Source of the DNA: Octopus sinensis
Taxonomy: Eukaryota
DNA: 64,000 nt
Assembly: GCF_006345805.1 (NCBI RefSeq)
Contig: NC_043017.1
Coordinates: 11,966,001-12,030,000, forward strand
Reading direction: 5' to 3'
Shown: piece by piece, positions 23,834-36,299 of the stretch
Layout: every line of letters begins with the position of its first letter
How positions within the stretch are numbered: the first letter of the stretch is position 1
Program-made: the position numbers and the translations under genes
The notes under the pieces: generated by a model
Seen by the model: only the letters and a program-made list of their open reading frames with translations
Told to the model about the DNA's origin: nothing
The model's database searches: none

Positions 23834-24183
23834 GGGGCTGATTGCTACCTAACTCAGATGCCAGGAAACCCCAAAATAGCAGAAATTCAAAAGATAGTGC
23901 TCATGGGAACTGCTCATATCCTACGCAAAATACTTTCTATGTAATCTCAAGGTTTAAAACAAACAAGATTTTATTTTATTTATTTTTTTTAATTTTATTT
24001 TTTTTAAATTTATTTATTAGACATTCACTAGTACAACACCAAAAAACCCCCCAAATATATGGCACACTAGGCACAACAACAACATGAACTTCCAACCTGT
24101 TGTCTCTTGAGGTCTCTGGGTGACACTTGGAGCCAACTTGTACAAATATAAAGCAAAAGTCAAACATAAAATAATAATAATAA
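23834..24183 (+). mobile_element. R4/Dong-type non-LTR element, 5'-truncated 3' end
   Basis: GADCYLTQMPGNPKIAEIQKIVLMGTAHILRKILSM* (stop 23942-44), the typical R4/Dong terminus; flanked by (TAA)n on both sides. Confidence 0.82.
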
Positions 24184-24830
24184 AGTAGTGGGTGTAGTAG
24201 TCGTTGTTTTTAATTTATGCAGAAGTACCAGCAAATTTGCAGGTAGGGATTAGTTGATTACAATATATGATGTTTAAAATGAATTTATGTGACATTCAGA
24301 ATTTGAAGACATTTGATAACAGATTTATCCAATCAGGCCTGACTTGGGGACATAGCAACAGTAACTGCAACAACAACAACAAGAACAGTGCTCATTCCTT
24401 TCTACATTTTTCCCTCAGTGAGCCGGGGGTGGGGGTGGCTCGTTAATTATTGTCTGACTTTATCTAATTACTATCTGTCAAATGCTAGTACGAGAGGGTA
24501 GCACTTCTTTTGTTTGAAGAACTGCTGAACCAGAGCTAATAGGGACTTACCCAAACATTAGCAGCACAACAACAACAACAACAACAACAACAACAGCAAT
24601 AACAAAAAAAACGATTGGAAAAAGAAGGGGTATCCAGCCATAAAAAAACACCTGCTACTAAATCTCAAAACTCAGGTAGGGGTTTCTTTCATCCCATACC
24701 ATCATTGCAAAAAGAAAAAAAACCAAAAAAAAAAATAAACACAGAAATATGTTTTTTTCTCTTTTTTTCTTTTCATTACCTGTTTTGTTGGGTCAGTTTT
24801 TACATTTTTTATTCTTTCATTTTATTTCCA

Positions 24831-24871
<41 letters not shown>

Positions 24872-25208
24872 TATTATTATTATTATTATTATTATTGTTA
24901 TTATTATTTTTTGATTTAGCTTAGCTTGCTTTGGATTGCAGGTGATGTTGTGGCATTGTTTTACCACCTATTCATTTAGATTAATCAAACGAACAGAATC
25001 CATTGAGACATGAATAATTACTAATTTACCTGCTGTCTCGCGATACCAGCTTTGTTCACACTTGCCCATCAATAATGCATATGCTATATAATAATACGGA
25101 ATATAGATATATAGACCATCCATCTGCATAAATACATTGATACGTGCATATATACAGTCATCCATTCAGACATAGATATAGACCATCCATTTGCATGAAT
25201 ACACTGAT

Positions 25209-25242
<34 letters not shown>

Positions 25243-25994
25243 ACATACACACACACACACACACACATGGTGCATATATGCATACATTCATCCCTCCATC
25301 CATTCATTCATTCTTCCATTCATTCACCCAGCCATACATCAATATATTCATCTGAACGTATATGCGTACACGTATGACATAGTGATCTTAGTGTGTGTGA
25401 CTTTGGGAGAGAAAGTGTGATGTGAATGTGTGTGTGTGTGTGTGTGTGTGCATGCATGTGTGTGTATGTGTGTATGTGTCTGTGTGCATGCATGCATGTG
25501 TGTACTTGTGTGAAATTACAGATAGATAAATAGATAGATAAATAAGAGGGAGAGAGAAAGTGACGGGGAGGGAGAAATTGTGTATGTGTGTATGTTTGCA
25601 AGTGAAAGTGGAGGTTGCATGAATGAGGAAATAAGAAAGTGTAGGGGTTGTAGGATGGCTGATGAACTGATGACCTGGACAAAACAATTTGAGGAATAAC
25701 CATCAGCTCTTAACTATGAAAACTCACCTCATAGCTGTTTGGTTGGTGTCGCATACACAAGAGAAGATCAAACATACAAGCGAAGGCCAGGGTCAGCTTT
25801 AGTAAAAGTTGTTTCTCAGGTTTGTCTCGTGAACTCACATCACAGCTGATGCAGTGATGAGTGGCATCCAGAGCAGACTCTGTGAACAAAGGGTTTTGGG
25901 TTCAGTCCTTTTGCATGCCCAGATCTAGCCCTGGGCTGAGCAATGCCTTGCAAGTGAATTTGGCAAATGAAAACTTTAAAGAAGCCTGTGTTTT

Positions 25995-26267
25995 ATCATC
26001 ATCATCATCATCGTTTAACGTCCGTTTTCCATGCTAGCATGGGTTGGACAGTTCGACCGGGGTCTGAGAAGCCAGGAGGCTGCACCAAGCTCCAGTCTGA
26101 TCTAGCAGTGTTTCTACAGCTGGATGCCCTTCCTAATGCAAACCACTCCATGAGTGTAGTGGTTGCTTTTTACATGCCACCGGCACAGGTGCCAGGGGAA
26201 GCTGGCAACGACGACGATCGGTTGGTGCTTTTTACGTGCCACCGGCACGGAAGCCAGTCAAGCTGGC

Positions 26268-26268
<1 letters not shown>
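25995..26268 (-). mobile_element. Family D copy
   Basis: (ATC)n-gtttaacgtccgttttccatgctagcatgggttgg... Confidence 0.9.
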
Positions 26269-26298
<30 letters not shown>

Positions 26299-26299
26299 T

Positions 26300-26501
26300 T
26301 GATAGAAATGGTAAGACAACAAAAGAATGAAAGAGACCTTGGTAATATGTAAATAGAGGAATTTATCTGTAAATATAATATGTATCAGTTATTCGATAGC
26401 CATGATAAAACTCTCAGTTACAGATGTTGGGGCGGAAACCCATGCCGGCATCTCTTCAGTTTTATCATGGCTACCGAATAATGTTACATATTATATTTAC
26501 A
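26300..26501 (-). mobile_element. (TA)n-embedded element with an internal inverted repeat and a hammerhead-like core (Penelope-like)
   Basis: 44-45 bp arms at 26368-26412 and 26458-26501; CTGAAGA-GATG...CATC on the minus strand; truncated sister copy at about 57835-57885. Confidence 0.55.
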
Positions 26502-26506
26502 TATAT

Positions 26507-26540
<34 letters not shown>

Positions 26541-26606
26541 CATATATATTTACATATATATATATATACATATATATATATACATATATATTTACATATA
26601 TATATT

Positions 26607-26660
<54 letters not shown>

Positions 26661-26667
26661 ATATATA

Positions 26668-26698
<31 letters not shown>

Positions 26699-27274
26699 TA
26701 TCACTACCAGAACTAGAGAAGAAATTTCAGATGTGAAAGCAAGGTCTAGAATCGAAGGGCCTGTGTGTGTGTATGTGTGTTTGCATCTTATATTCTAGCA
26801 AGGTCATGCTTACCCCTTTTGAATATAGACATGCAAGCAATGATCACACACATATCTTTACAAATCAAATACGTTACTGAATGAGTATTTAATGGTGTGG
26901 ATACGCAATATTATTCTAACAATGTGCCATACTGTTGACTCACGCATTAAATCAAATTATTATTCTACTCTCAGGAACAAAAACAAAAACAAAAACAAAA
27001 ACTAGAATCAACTCTGTACCTGATCCTCAAGCAAATTATTTTAAAACCTTGGTTTGTGCAGTTAATCTAATAAAAGACATTTGTTTGTGTGTGTGTGTGT
27101 GTGTGTGTCTACATTCTGCTCTTGGCTTGAAAAAGTACCAAACTACAAATGAGGGTGTTTGTTGGTCACCAAATCATTTGGTAGCATTGTGTATTTAAAG
27201 ACAAGTGTGGAATGAAAAATGCCAAGTGAGGTTTGCGAAAACAGGAAGGACATCAAGGTACAAAAAAACAATCC

Positions 27275-27430
27275 CTTGTTCTGAGTTTGAATTCTGCCGA
27301 GGTTGACTTTGTCTTTCATCCTTTCAGGTTCAATAAAATAAATAAAATAAATACCAGTTGTATACTGGGGCTGATGTAATTGATTTATCCCCTCCCAAAA
27401 TTGCTGGCCTTGTGCTAAAATTTGAAATCA
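27275..27430 (+). mobile_element. SINE B'
   Basis: gttctgagtttgaattctgccgagg...aattgctggccttgtgctaaaatttgaaa. Confidence 0.8.
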
Positions 27431-27699
27431 CTAATTTGTATTTATCTGACCCATACTAGCAAAAGAAAAACAGATAGAAGGGCAATGAACTACATGTATG
27501 TGTGTGTGTGTGTGCATGAGCATATATATATATATATATATATAGTGTGTGTGCGTGTGTATGTGTGTGCATATATATATATAGTGTGTGTGTGTGTTTG
27601 TGTGTTTATCACTATTATGGCTTCCGTTGAGAAACAGAAACAAAACAAAACAATTCCATTTAAATAATTTATAGCCTCATCATCGTTATTACCATAATT

Positions 27700-27714
27700 A
27701 TCATCACTGTCATT

Positions 27715-27749
<35 letters not shown>

Positions 27750-27788
27750 TGCAATCATCACCATTATCACCACTACCATCATCCATTG

Positions 27789-27819
<31 letters not shown>

Positions 27820-28023
27820 CAGTAGTAGCATCGTTAAAAGCATCAACAGGACTATGATAACTGGGACTGCAGCTGACACAGCCACAACACTTATGATGAT
27901 GGTATATATTCAGTGTGAAACGACAACAACAACAACAAAAACAACAACAACAACTACAATGCAGACAACAACATCAAGAACAATAGGAGGCACAACATCA
28001 CCATGATGATAATGACCACCACC

Positions 28024-28055
<32 letters not shown>

Positions 28056-28616
28056 GAAAAGATGCTTCTACATTAACATCAAAAACAACAACACAAACAA
28101 CAGTAGCAACAACAACAACAACAACAAGAGCAACAGCTGCTGTAATAATGACAACAACAACAACAACACCAACAACAATAACAACAACAGTCTTAATATT
28201 AACAACAGTATCAAAAACCCTGTAGAATTTTGATAAAACCTGTTTTGTTTCATGTTGACTGGCCAACATAATTGGTCAATCTTGCTATGATGTACGGGCT
28301 TCAGCCTCCATGCGGGGGTAGGGTGGTGGTGGTGAGTGGGCAATGGGCAGCGTGTGTGAAAGTGTGTGGGCAGTGGTAGTAGTGGAGGGTGGTTGTGTGT
28401 TGGTGGATGAAATGGTCAGTGTTGTTGAAGTTATCTAATATAATGGAAATGAAGAATAACTGACCTGTATTGGACAGAAAGGGTATAATTCCGTTTCTGC
28501 GTGTCCCTAAGGTTTTTTTTCCCCCGCTGGACAGTGATGGGGAAAATATTGTCCTGGGATAATCAACTTCATCAATGTCATCAACTCCATTAACCATCAC
28601 CACCACCACCACCACT

Positions 28617-28648
<32 letters not shown>

Positions 28649-28713
28649 CAACAACATCACCAACAATAACACCACCACCATGACCACATCACCCCACCTA
28701 CCCACCAGCAACA

Positions 28714-28767
<54 letters not shown>

Positions 28768-29010
28768 AAAATAATAGCATCATTTACAGCTAGTGTTGTA
28801 TCATCACTATTGACAACAAAAACCAACAACTGATTTGTATCATCATCATCATCATCATCAACACAGTCGCTGTCACTATCATCATCATCATCATCATCCT
28901 CATCACAACTAACACTGCCACTATCATCACCATCATTGTTATCCTCATCATCATCAAACCATAACCATCATCACCATGATGCGCACCACCACCACCACCA
29001 CCACCATTTC
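27700..29010. repeat. Compound trinucleotide repeats (CAT, CAA, CCA, CTA) with short unique inserts
   Basis: Direct reading. Confidence 0.9.
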
Positions 29011-29679
29011 TGCTGCAATAACTGTCCAGCCTGGCAAGTGATGGGCAGGTCGTCCACTGGTTTCGCTCTTTCTTTTCTGTTTGCTAAGTAGATTATGTAG
29101 ACATCTTGGTATCTTTCGACCAGCAGTGGTCAGTGTCTCTCGCCAATGCCAGATACATGCAACAGACCCTACCTTGTTAAACTCATCATCTACAATCGAA
29201 CCCCCACCACCCCTATTGTCACCTAACCATTATCGCTATTGCCAGTTTTTTTGAACAGAAAGGGATGCTTCAATGAAGAGGGGTTTCAGCTCTTGGTCAG
29301 ACACAGAAGATAGACAAGCTTATGGAGTAAAGATTTGCTTGTCACATGGAGCCCCTGGGATAAGCCCATCGGAAGATCTAAAACATGTGACTTGTCATGG
29401 TTTTGTCAGATTAAGGACATAGCTGTCTTGTTGTTGTTGTTGTTGCCTCCTCCTCCTTCTCCTCCTCCTCCCCCTCCTCCTCCTCCTCCTTCCTTCAGTC
29501 ATGATTGAGCAGATCTATGGTTAAAGGTATTCTATTTATGATTGTCGCATCTTGTTATATGTTGTACCTAAAATTGCAATAGTTTATTGGGTTCTTTTTC
29601 TCAAAACAGTAGAGGGTGATTTTGAGGGGAGGGGGTCAGACCATCAAGCAAATGCACAATTGTACAACAACAATAAAAG

Positions 29680-30365
29680 AAAATGGTTAGGGATCCTTCT
29701 TAAATAATTTTCAGTTCTTTTATCATTCCAAGTGCTCCTACAATCACTGGTATTGTAACCATCTTGAGATGCTACATCTTTTTGATTGCGATTAGCAAAT
29801 CTTTGTATTTTCTGAGCTTATCAAATTCTTTTGCCGAGATATCATAGTCACAGGGTATGCTCATGTCAATCAATAAACAAACTTTATTGCTTTTGTCTTT
29901 CACAACAATATCTGGTTTATTTGCCTTGATGGACTGGTCTGTACATAGTGGGAAGTCCCAAAGAATATTTACAGCCTCAGGGTGGTGCTTGTACCATTTG
30001 TCAGAAGTTTTGATTTTATTATGCCAACACGTTATCCAATGTAGATATTGGCTAACTCTGTCATGTCTTGATTTGTATTCTACAGGTGCTAAACCCTTAC
30101 ATCCAGAGATTAGGTGGTCAACTGTTTCTATCCCATTGTTGCAGTATCTGCACTTTGGGTCTACACCATTTTTCATCACATTGGCTTGACAGTTCTGGGT
30201 CAATAAGCTCTGATCTTGGACGGCCAAGATAAAGCCTTCACTCTCTGTTTTTAGCCCTGAGCTCCCTAGCAACTGATGGGTGTGCTTCTGGTCTACATCA
30301 GCTTGTTTGCTACGGGCCATGTATTTGCCATGCAGAGGTTTTTGTTCCTACCTATCAGACAATTT
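29680..30365 (-). mobile_element. R4/Dong-type (RLE) non-LTR retrotransposon, ORF C-terminal fragment
   Basis: KPLHGKY; CCHC knuckle CRYC...HLISGC; RHD; RLE motif NKPDIVVKD...LIDMSIPCD...K-x-x-KYKDL; IPVIVGALG further downstream. Confidence 0.92.
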
Positions 30366-30616
30366 CATCATTTCAGTGTCAATGAAATAAGTACCAGTTA
30401 AGCACTGAGGTCGATGCAATCAACGTATCCCCTTCCCATATATATGCCAAAATTGGAAACCGCTATTATTGTCATTAGCCCCACCACTACCACCAACACC
30501 ATCACCTTCTAAAATTCTTGGCCTTGTACCAAAATCTGAAACCATTTCAGCCCTTTACATTTTGAGTTCAAATGCCACAAGGGTTGACTTTGCCTTTCAG
30601 TGCCAACTAAATAAAG

Positions 30617-30852
30617 TACCTATTTCTTTACTACCCACAAGAGGCTAAACATAGAGAGGACAAACAAGGACAGACAAACGGATTAAGTCGATTATATCGA
30701 CTCCAGTGCGTAACTGGTCCTTAATTTATCGACCCCGAAAGATGAAAGGCAAAGTCGACCTTGGCAGAATTTGAACTCAGAACGTAACGGCAGACGAAAT
30801 GCAACTACACATTTTGCCTGGCGTGCTAATGTTTCTGCCAGCTCGCCGCCTT
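30617..30852 (-). mobile_element. SINE B
   Basis: Matches the B consensus. Confidence 0.92.
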
Positions 30853-31081
30853 TCAAGGACTGGTGTTGAAGGAATCACCTTGGTTCCCATTCCCTAAAAT
30901 TGCAAGCTTGGTGCAACAGTTTGAAACAATTACGAGTATTATTACTAAGACGGTGAGCTGACAGGATCATGGTCAAGATGATCCTGGACTTGTGGGGATT
31001 CTTTGACTGGCTCTGGTTCCCCTCTGTGTCAGGAGGACCCTATCATTCAGGTGTCTTCATACTTTGTATACCATGGATATC

Positions 31082-31469
31082 AGGAGGCGCAATGGCCCAG
31101 TGGTTAGGGCAGCGGACTCGCAGTCGGAGGATCGCGGTTTCGATTCCCAGACCGGGCGTTGTGAGTGTTTATTGAGCGAAAACACCTAAAGCTCCATGAG
31201 GCTCCGGCAGGGATGGTGGTGAACCCTGCTGTACTCTTTTACCACAACTTTCTCTCACTCTTACTTCCTGTTTCTGTTGTACCTGTATTTCAAAGGGCCG
31301 GCCTTGTCACTCTCTGTGTCACGCTGAATCTCCCTGAGAACTATGTTAAGGGTACACGTGTCTGTGGAGTACTCAGCCACTTGCACGTTAATATCACGAG
31401 CAAGCTGTTCCGTTGATCGTATCAGCTGGGACCCTCATCGTCGCAATCACCGGAGTGCTCCTACCTACC
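31082..31469 (+). mobile_element. tRNA-derived SINE C (head 2, tail 1) with TSD
   Basis: TGGCCCAGTGG and GTTTCGATTCCC boxes; perfect 12-bp TSD ACCATGGATATC at 31070-31081 and 31470-31481. Confidence 0.93.
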
Positions 31470-31499
31470 ACCATGGATATCTAAAAAAAAACGTCTTTT

Positions 31500-31599
31500 C
31501 CCTTTCTTTCCCTTCATCTTTTATGTAAACCCCAACACAAATTGTAAACTGTCCTTCTAATGTCTTGCCTCATCGGATGACCTGGTGGCAAATAAAAGC

Positions 31600-31600
<1 letters not shown>
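31500..31600 (+). repeat. Dispersed retroelement 3'UTR-like repeat (family J)
   Basis: catcttttatgta...aaattgtaaactgtcctt...gtggcaaataaaa; reverse copy at 57215-57345; similar end at about 37005-37030. Confidence 0.55.
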
Positions 31601-31662
<62 letters not shown>

Positions 31663-31902
31663 TAGTAGTAGTATTCAATTATGATATATTTTGCAAATAT
31701 AATATTACACACGAAAGATTAATATTGATAATATATTTTATTTAATTAACTCATTAACTCTTTTCTGACTTTATTTCTCCGTTTGCAACATTTCAGCAGA
31801 ACTTCACATTTATTTAGTTATTTGTTTCACTTTACTTTACTTTCAGAATTAATATCAGATTTCCATTATATATATTTTGTTTCTTGATTTATTTAATTCA
31901 TG

Positions 31903-31942
<40 letters not shown>

Positions 31943-32087
31943 TTGTGTTTTGTGTGTATGCATGTTATATGTGTGTTTGTGTGCCTGTCATGTGTGCATG
32001 TGTGTTTGTATGTGTGTATGCTATTTTCAATTTTGCTGATTTCTATTCATAATATATTAATGGAAGTTCAATAAATTATTGGTGCTG

Positions 32088-32303
32088 TTTAGCCCCAGGT
32101 CAGCCCTGATTGAGCAAATCTTGCCTAGCTCTAAATCAGCTCTGATTGAACAGACTCGGTGTCTCTCTGGGTCAGCCTTAATCAAACAGACCTTGTACAG
32201 ATGTAAATCAGCACTGGTAGAAAAGGTCTGGTATAGCCCTAAACCAGTCCTGTTCAATCAGATCTTGTATAGCCCCAGGTCAGCTCTGACTGAAAAGATT
32301 TAT
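32088..32303 (+). repeat. 6 x 36-bp diverged tandem array (family E head)
   Basis: Units start at 32088, 32124, 32160, 32196, 32232 and 32268, with no indels. Confidence 0.9.
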
Positions 32304-32409
32304 GATCAAAGATTTTTCCATCCATAAACATTCAGTCTTTATACTTGAACAGGGATTCTCAACCTGACAAACTTGCACCCCTGGAGAGAGGGAAGATGCA
32401 AAAAAGGAA

Positions 32410-32454
<45 letters not shown>

Positions 32455-32483
32455 AATATACATTAAACATGAGTTGTTAATAA

Positions 32484-32617
32484 TTTCATGCTGTGGAAGC
32501 ACAATACTTCATAATATGCCTTTTGTCTCCAAGCAATCCTTCAACCTAAAGGATTGCTTGCAGATACAAGAGATGATATATTAATCTACTGAATCATTGT
32601 GCTTCCACAGCATGAAA
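32484..32617. mobile_element. Foldback/MITE-like element with a 22-bp perfect inverted repeat
   Basis: tttcatgctgtggaagcacaat (32484-32505) and its reverse complement (32596-32617); inner 12-bp hairpin at 32530-32560. Confidence 0.7.
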
Positions 32618-32658
32618 CTAATAGCAGCTCCTATTTAAATCCTGAGTATATTAAATGA

Positions 32659-32693
<35 letters not shown>

Positions 32694-32795
32694 GGCAATA
32701 TTAAATCTCCTTTTCCTACATCATCAAACCAGCACTATTGTCAAGCAGTAGTGGGGGAGTAAATAGAAAGACAAACACAAACATGTAAATATGAT

Positions 32796-32945
32796 GGGCT
32801 TCTTTCAGTTTCTATTTAGAAAATCCACTCACAAGGCTGTGGTCATCTGAGGTCTATAGTAGAAGACACTTGCCTAAGGTGCCACACAGTGGGACTGAAC
32901 CTGCAATCACTTGGTTGACAAGCAAGTTTCTTACACACACAGTCA
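32796..32945 (-). mobile_element. SINE A head
   Basis: gggcttctttcagttt...agaagacacttgcc...gggactgaacc. Confidence 0.85.
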
Positions 32946-32971
32946 TTATTTTCAGTTTTCTTCTTTCCTAA

Positions 32972-33338
32972 TTACTCGTTTACTGGTTTCAGTCATTTGA
33001 CTGCGGCCATGCTGGAGCACTGCCTTTAGTCGAGCAAATCGACCCCAGGACTTATTCTTTGTAAGCCTAGTAGTTATTCTATTGGTCTCTTTTGCCGAAC
33101 CGCTAAGTTACGGGGACGTAAACACACCAGCATCGGTTGTCAAGCAATGTTGGGGGGACAAACACAGACACACACATATATATTCATATATATATACATA
33201 TACATATATATGAAGGGCTTCTTTCAGTTTACATCTACCATATCCACTCACAAGGCTTTGGTTGGCCCGAGGCTATAGTAGAAGACACTTGCCCAAGGTG
33301 CCACGCAGTGGGACTGAACCTGGAACCATGTGGTTGGT
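32972..33338 (-). mobile_element. SINE A, near full length
   Basis: Matches the A consensus. Confidence 0.92.
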
Positions 33339-33899
33339 ATGCTCTGAGTCAAAATTCAAAAACTGTTTTTGGGTTTAATTTCTTCACCAACAAATCTGTG
33401 CTCTTTTTCCTTCCACTTTTTGTTAGATGTTTTAGAGGGTTTTTTTTTATATGAGGTAATATTAGCTGTTATTTCTTTCATATAAAGCAGGCAACAATGG
33501 CTCTCTTGCTGAGCCCAGCTCAACAGAATATGTTTCCATGTAGAATATCTGGTCTTGAAGATCACAGAACAAATAAGCCTGATGGAAATAATCCTCATTA
33601 GGGGTTTGTAGGGATCAAAGCTACTGTTGTTTAGTGTTTGAATAAACCTGTGCTCAAAGGCACTCCAGTCATGACCTTGCCATATTCATTTAAGACAGCA
33701 TTCATTTACCCTTTCATTAGTTTTTGCCATTCAACTGTGGCCGTGCTGGTCACACCACCTTCAAAGATTTAATTGATCACATCAATCTCATTACTTATTT
33801 AAGTCTGATTCATCTTGTCTAAGTACCTGAAGTTAACCCATAATTTATGAAGGAAGCTGATTGACAGAAACTGTGCAGAAACCTGTTGTATGTATGCCA

Positions 33900-34352
33900 T
33901 TATGCAGTTTTATTTCAAGATTTCTTACCAATAGAGAAAGAGCTGGTTTCTAACCTAGATCCAAGGCTTCTTCGTGGGAATTCCAACATCAACAACAGGG
34001 TATTTTTGCTTGTATGTATGTATTTGCAGATTTGTATGTTTTATGTATGTTTTCTCATGCATATAGTTACATATCTAGACATGCTCATATATATTTAAAG
34101 GATAAACTTCTGGAAAGTTTTACAGGTTTTTACAGTTCCAGTGATGGATTGGATCTGTAGTCTTCGAATTAGCGTTCACCTTTCTGGTTTTGAGAAGCCT
34201 AATTTCTCAAGATTGATATTTAGGCAGTGTGTTACATTTCCCAGGGCCCCAATAATTACGGGTATAAACCTGGACTTGTAATCTGGATAGAGTAACTGCA
34301 GATTCCTCAATAGTTCAGCATAGGTGTTCTTTTTTTCACTGATATTCAGCTT
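33900..34352 (-). mobile_element. RLE-type non-LTR element, ORF end and 3'UTR
   Basis: KKNTYAELLRNLQLLYPDYKSRFIPVIIGALGNVTHCLNINLEKLGFSKPER*TLIRRLQIQSITGTVKTCKTF; IPVIIGALG motif as in R2-superfamily RLE domains. Confidence 0.78.
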
Positions 34353-34371
34353 TATGTTAACATTTGCTGTA

Positions 34372-34406
<35 letters not shown>

Positions 34407-34930
34407 ACGTGTGTGACTGTATGAATGTATATATCCACATACATGTCGAACAATGTTCCAATCGCTAGATTCTTGGCTAAACTTGGGCACCATCTTGAAA
34501 GGTTTTAGCTGATCGTATCAATGTGTTCATGTGCATGTGTCTTCATGTGTGTATAGAAATATATATATGTATATATGTACGTGTATATATGTATCTATCT
34601 ATATATTTGTGTTTTATATACATACATATGTGTGTGTATGCATAGATTTAAAGTTGTGTAGAGTAAGACCCTGTTTTGATGACATCTCCACAGACCATCA
34701 CCATCACATTTAGATTTATCAAGCGTAACAACAACTACAACAACAACAACAACAAAACAATAGAAACAACAGCAACAATAACGATTGTAGCAATGATGGT
34801 CTTCGGACTTGATCTTTACTTGTAGCTTCATCAATTTGACAGAAAGGTCACAATGTCTACCTGACCCCTGTGATCTTCCCGCTGATCTTTGGCCTCTGAG
34901 AAATGCGATCTGGAAAACACACCATTTACT

Positions 34931-34974
<44 letters not shown>

Positions 34975-35127
34975 ATTATCATACATCGCAAATACATACA
35001 TAGATGTACAAATGCATATGTACAGTATAAATGGAGAAAGACACAAACAAGCATGCACCCCCACACACACAAAATTATACAGGCACACACACCTGCACGT
35101 ACAAACACATACATATATATATGTGTG

Positions 35128-35161
<34 letters not shown>

Positions 35162-35205
35162 ACCAACTATCTAGTCAGTTCTCTATTAAATAAATATTTT
35201 GCGTT

Positions 35206-35257
<52 letters not shown>

Positions 35258-35352
35258 TGAGAGAGAGAGAGAGAAGAAAGAAACCATTGTGTTTCATCAC
35301 ACAAAGAGTGTGATGAAATGAAATATCTATTTATTAGAGAACTGTGTGTATA

Positions 35353-35395
<43 letters not shown>

Positions 35396-35636
35396 TATAT
35401 ATATACACATATATATACACACATACATACATGCTCAATCAGTGTATGTACACACACACACACACATGTATGTATTCATATACAAACATATGCATATATA
35501 TACATATATACATACACATGTACAGTATGTAATCTTTTGCCCTCTTCAATATCAATTGGTCGGCTCTTGACATTTAACTCAAGAGGTATGACTTGTCAAT
35601 GCTACCACAACTCCTTCTTTGACAGAGGTGAGACTA

Positions 35637-35684
<48 letters not shown>

Positions 35685-35694
35685 CCTTTCTACT

Positions 35695-35885
35695 GAAGGC
35701 ACAAGGCCTTGAAATTTATTATTACATTGACTGCCGTGTTTCACTAGTACTTAATTTATCGACCCCAAAAGGATGAAGGGCAAAATCAACTTCAGTGGAA
35801 CTTGAACTCAGAAAATAGTGGCAGACGAAATACTGCTAAACATTTCATCCAACATGCTAACAATTCTGCCAGCATCACCGCCTTA
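35695..35885 (-). mobile_element. SINE B'
   Basis: cacaaggccttgaaattt...tttatcgaccccaaaaggatgaagggc...ttctgccagc. Confidence 0.8.
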
Positions 35886-35904
35886 ATAATGATACTAATA
35901 ATTT

Positions 35905-36292
35905 TTATTTTATTGGCAATAAGGAGCCAAGCCATTGAAGGCTACATCAAACATGCAAAAAGATGTGGTTTACAATGATCAAAAGTAGAAACAACAGTTA
36001 AGGGTCATCATCCTAATTCAGAAAAATGGGTAAATTGAATCTCCAATAGCAGGATAGAGCCCACCTAGAGTAACTGAAAGGAAATTGCACACAAAAATCC
36101 TGGATTTTTCTGTCATCTCCGAAGCATCAGGAGCTACATCTTACAGTTTCTTTTTTCCTTCTTAAAAAGGCACATCCAGAGGGAGTCGTTTCCCCCATCA
36201 TCAGTTTTGTGACTCTCATCTACCTTTCAATAAAATCTCTCGCTTTACCTCACCTTCCTCTTCAAATGATACTTGAAGAAATTGATGAGAGA
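35905..36292 (-). mobile_element. Possible Tx1/L1-like LINE 3' end
   Basis: LINFFKYHLKRKVR / DFIER*MRVTKL terminus then UTR ending ccttattgccaataaaa; weak similarity only. Confidence 0.4.
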
Positions 36293-36299
36293 TTGGCAA

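Noticed and set aside
28465-28553. Minus-strand exon with a faint cadherin-like YTLSVQ
   Set aside because: Weak pyrimidine tract, two open frames, embedded in triplet repeats; the similarity is too short to support
32088-32303. CRISPR-like array
   Set aside because: Contiguous diverged units without unique spacers, no cas genes, eukaryotic context
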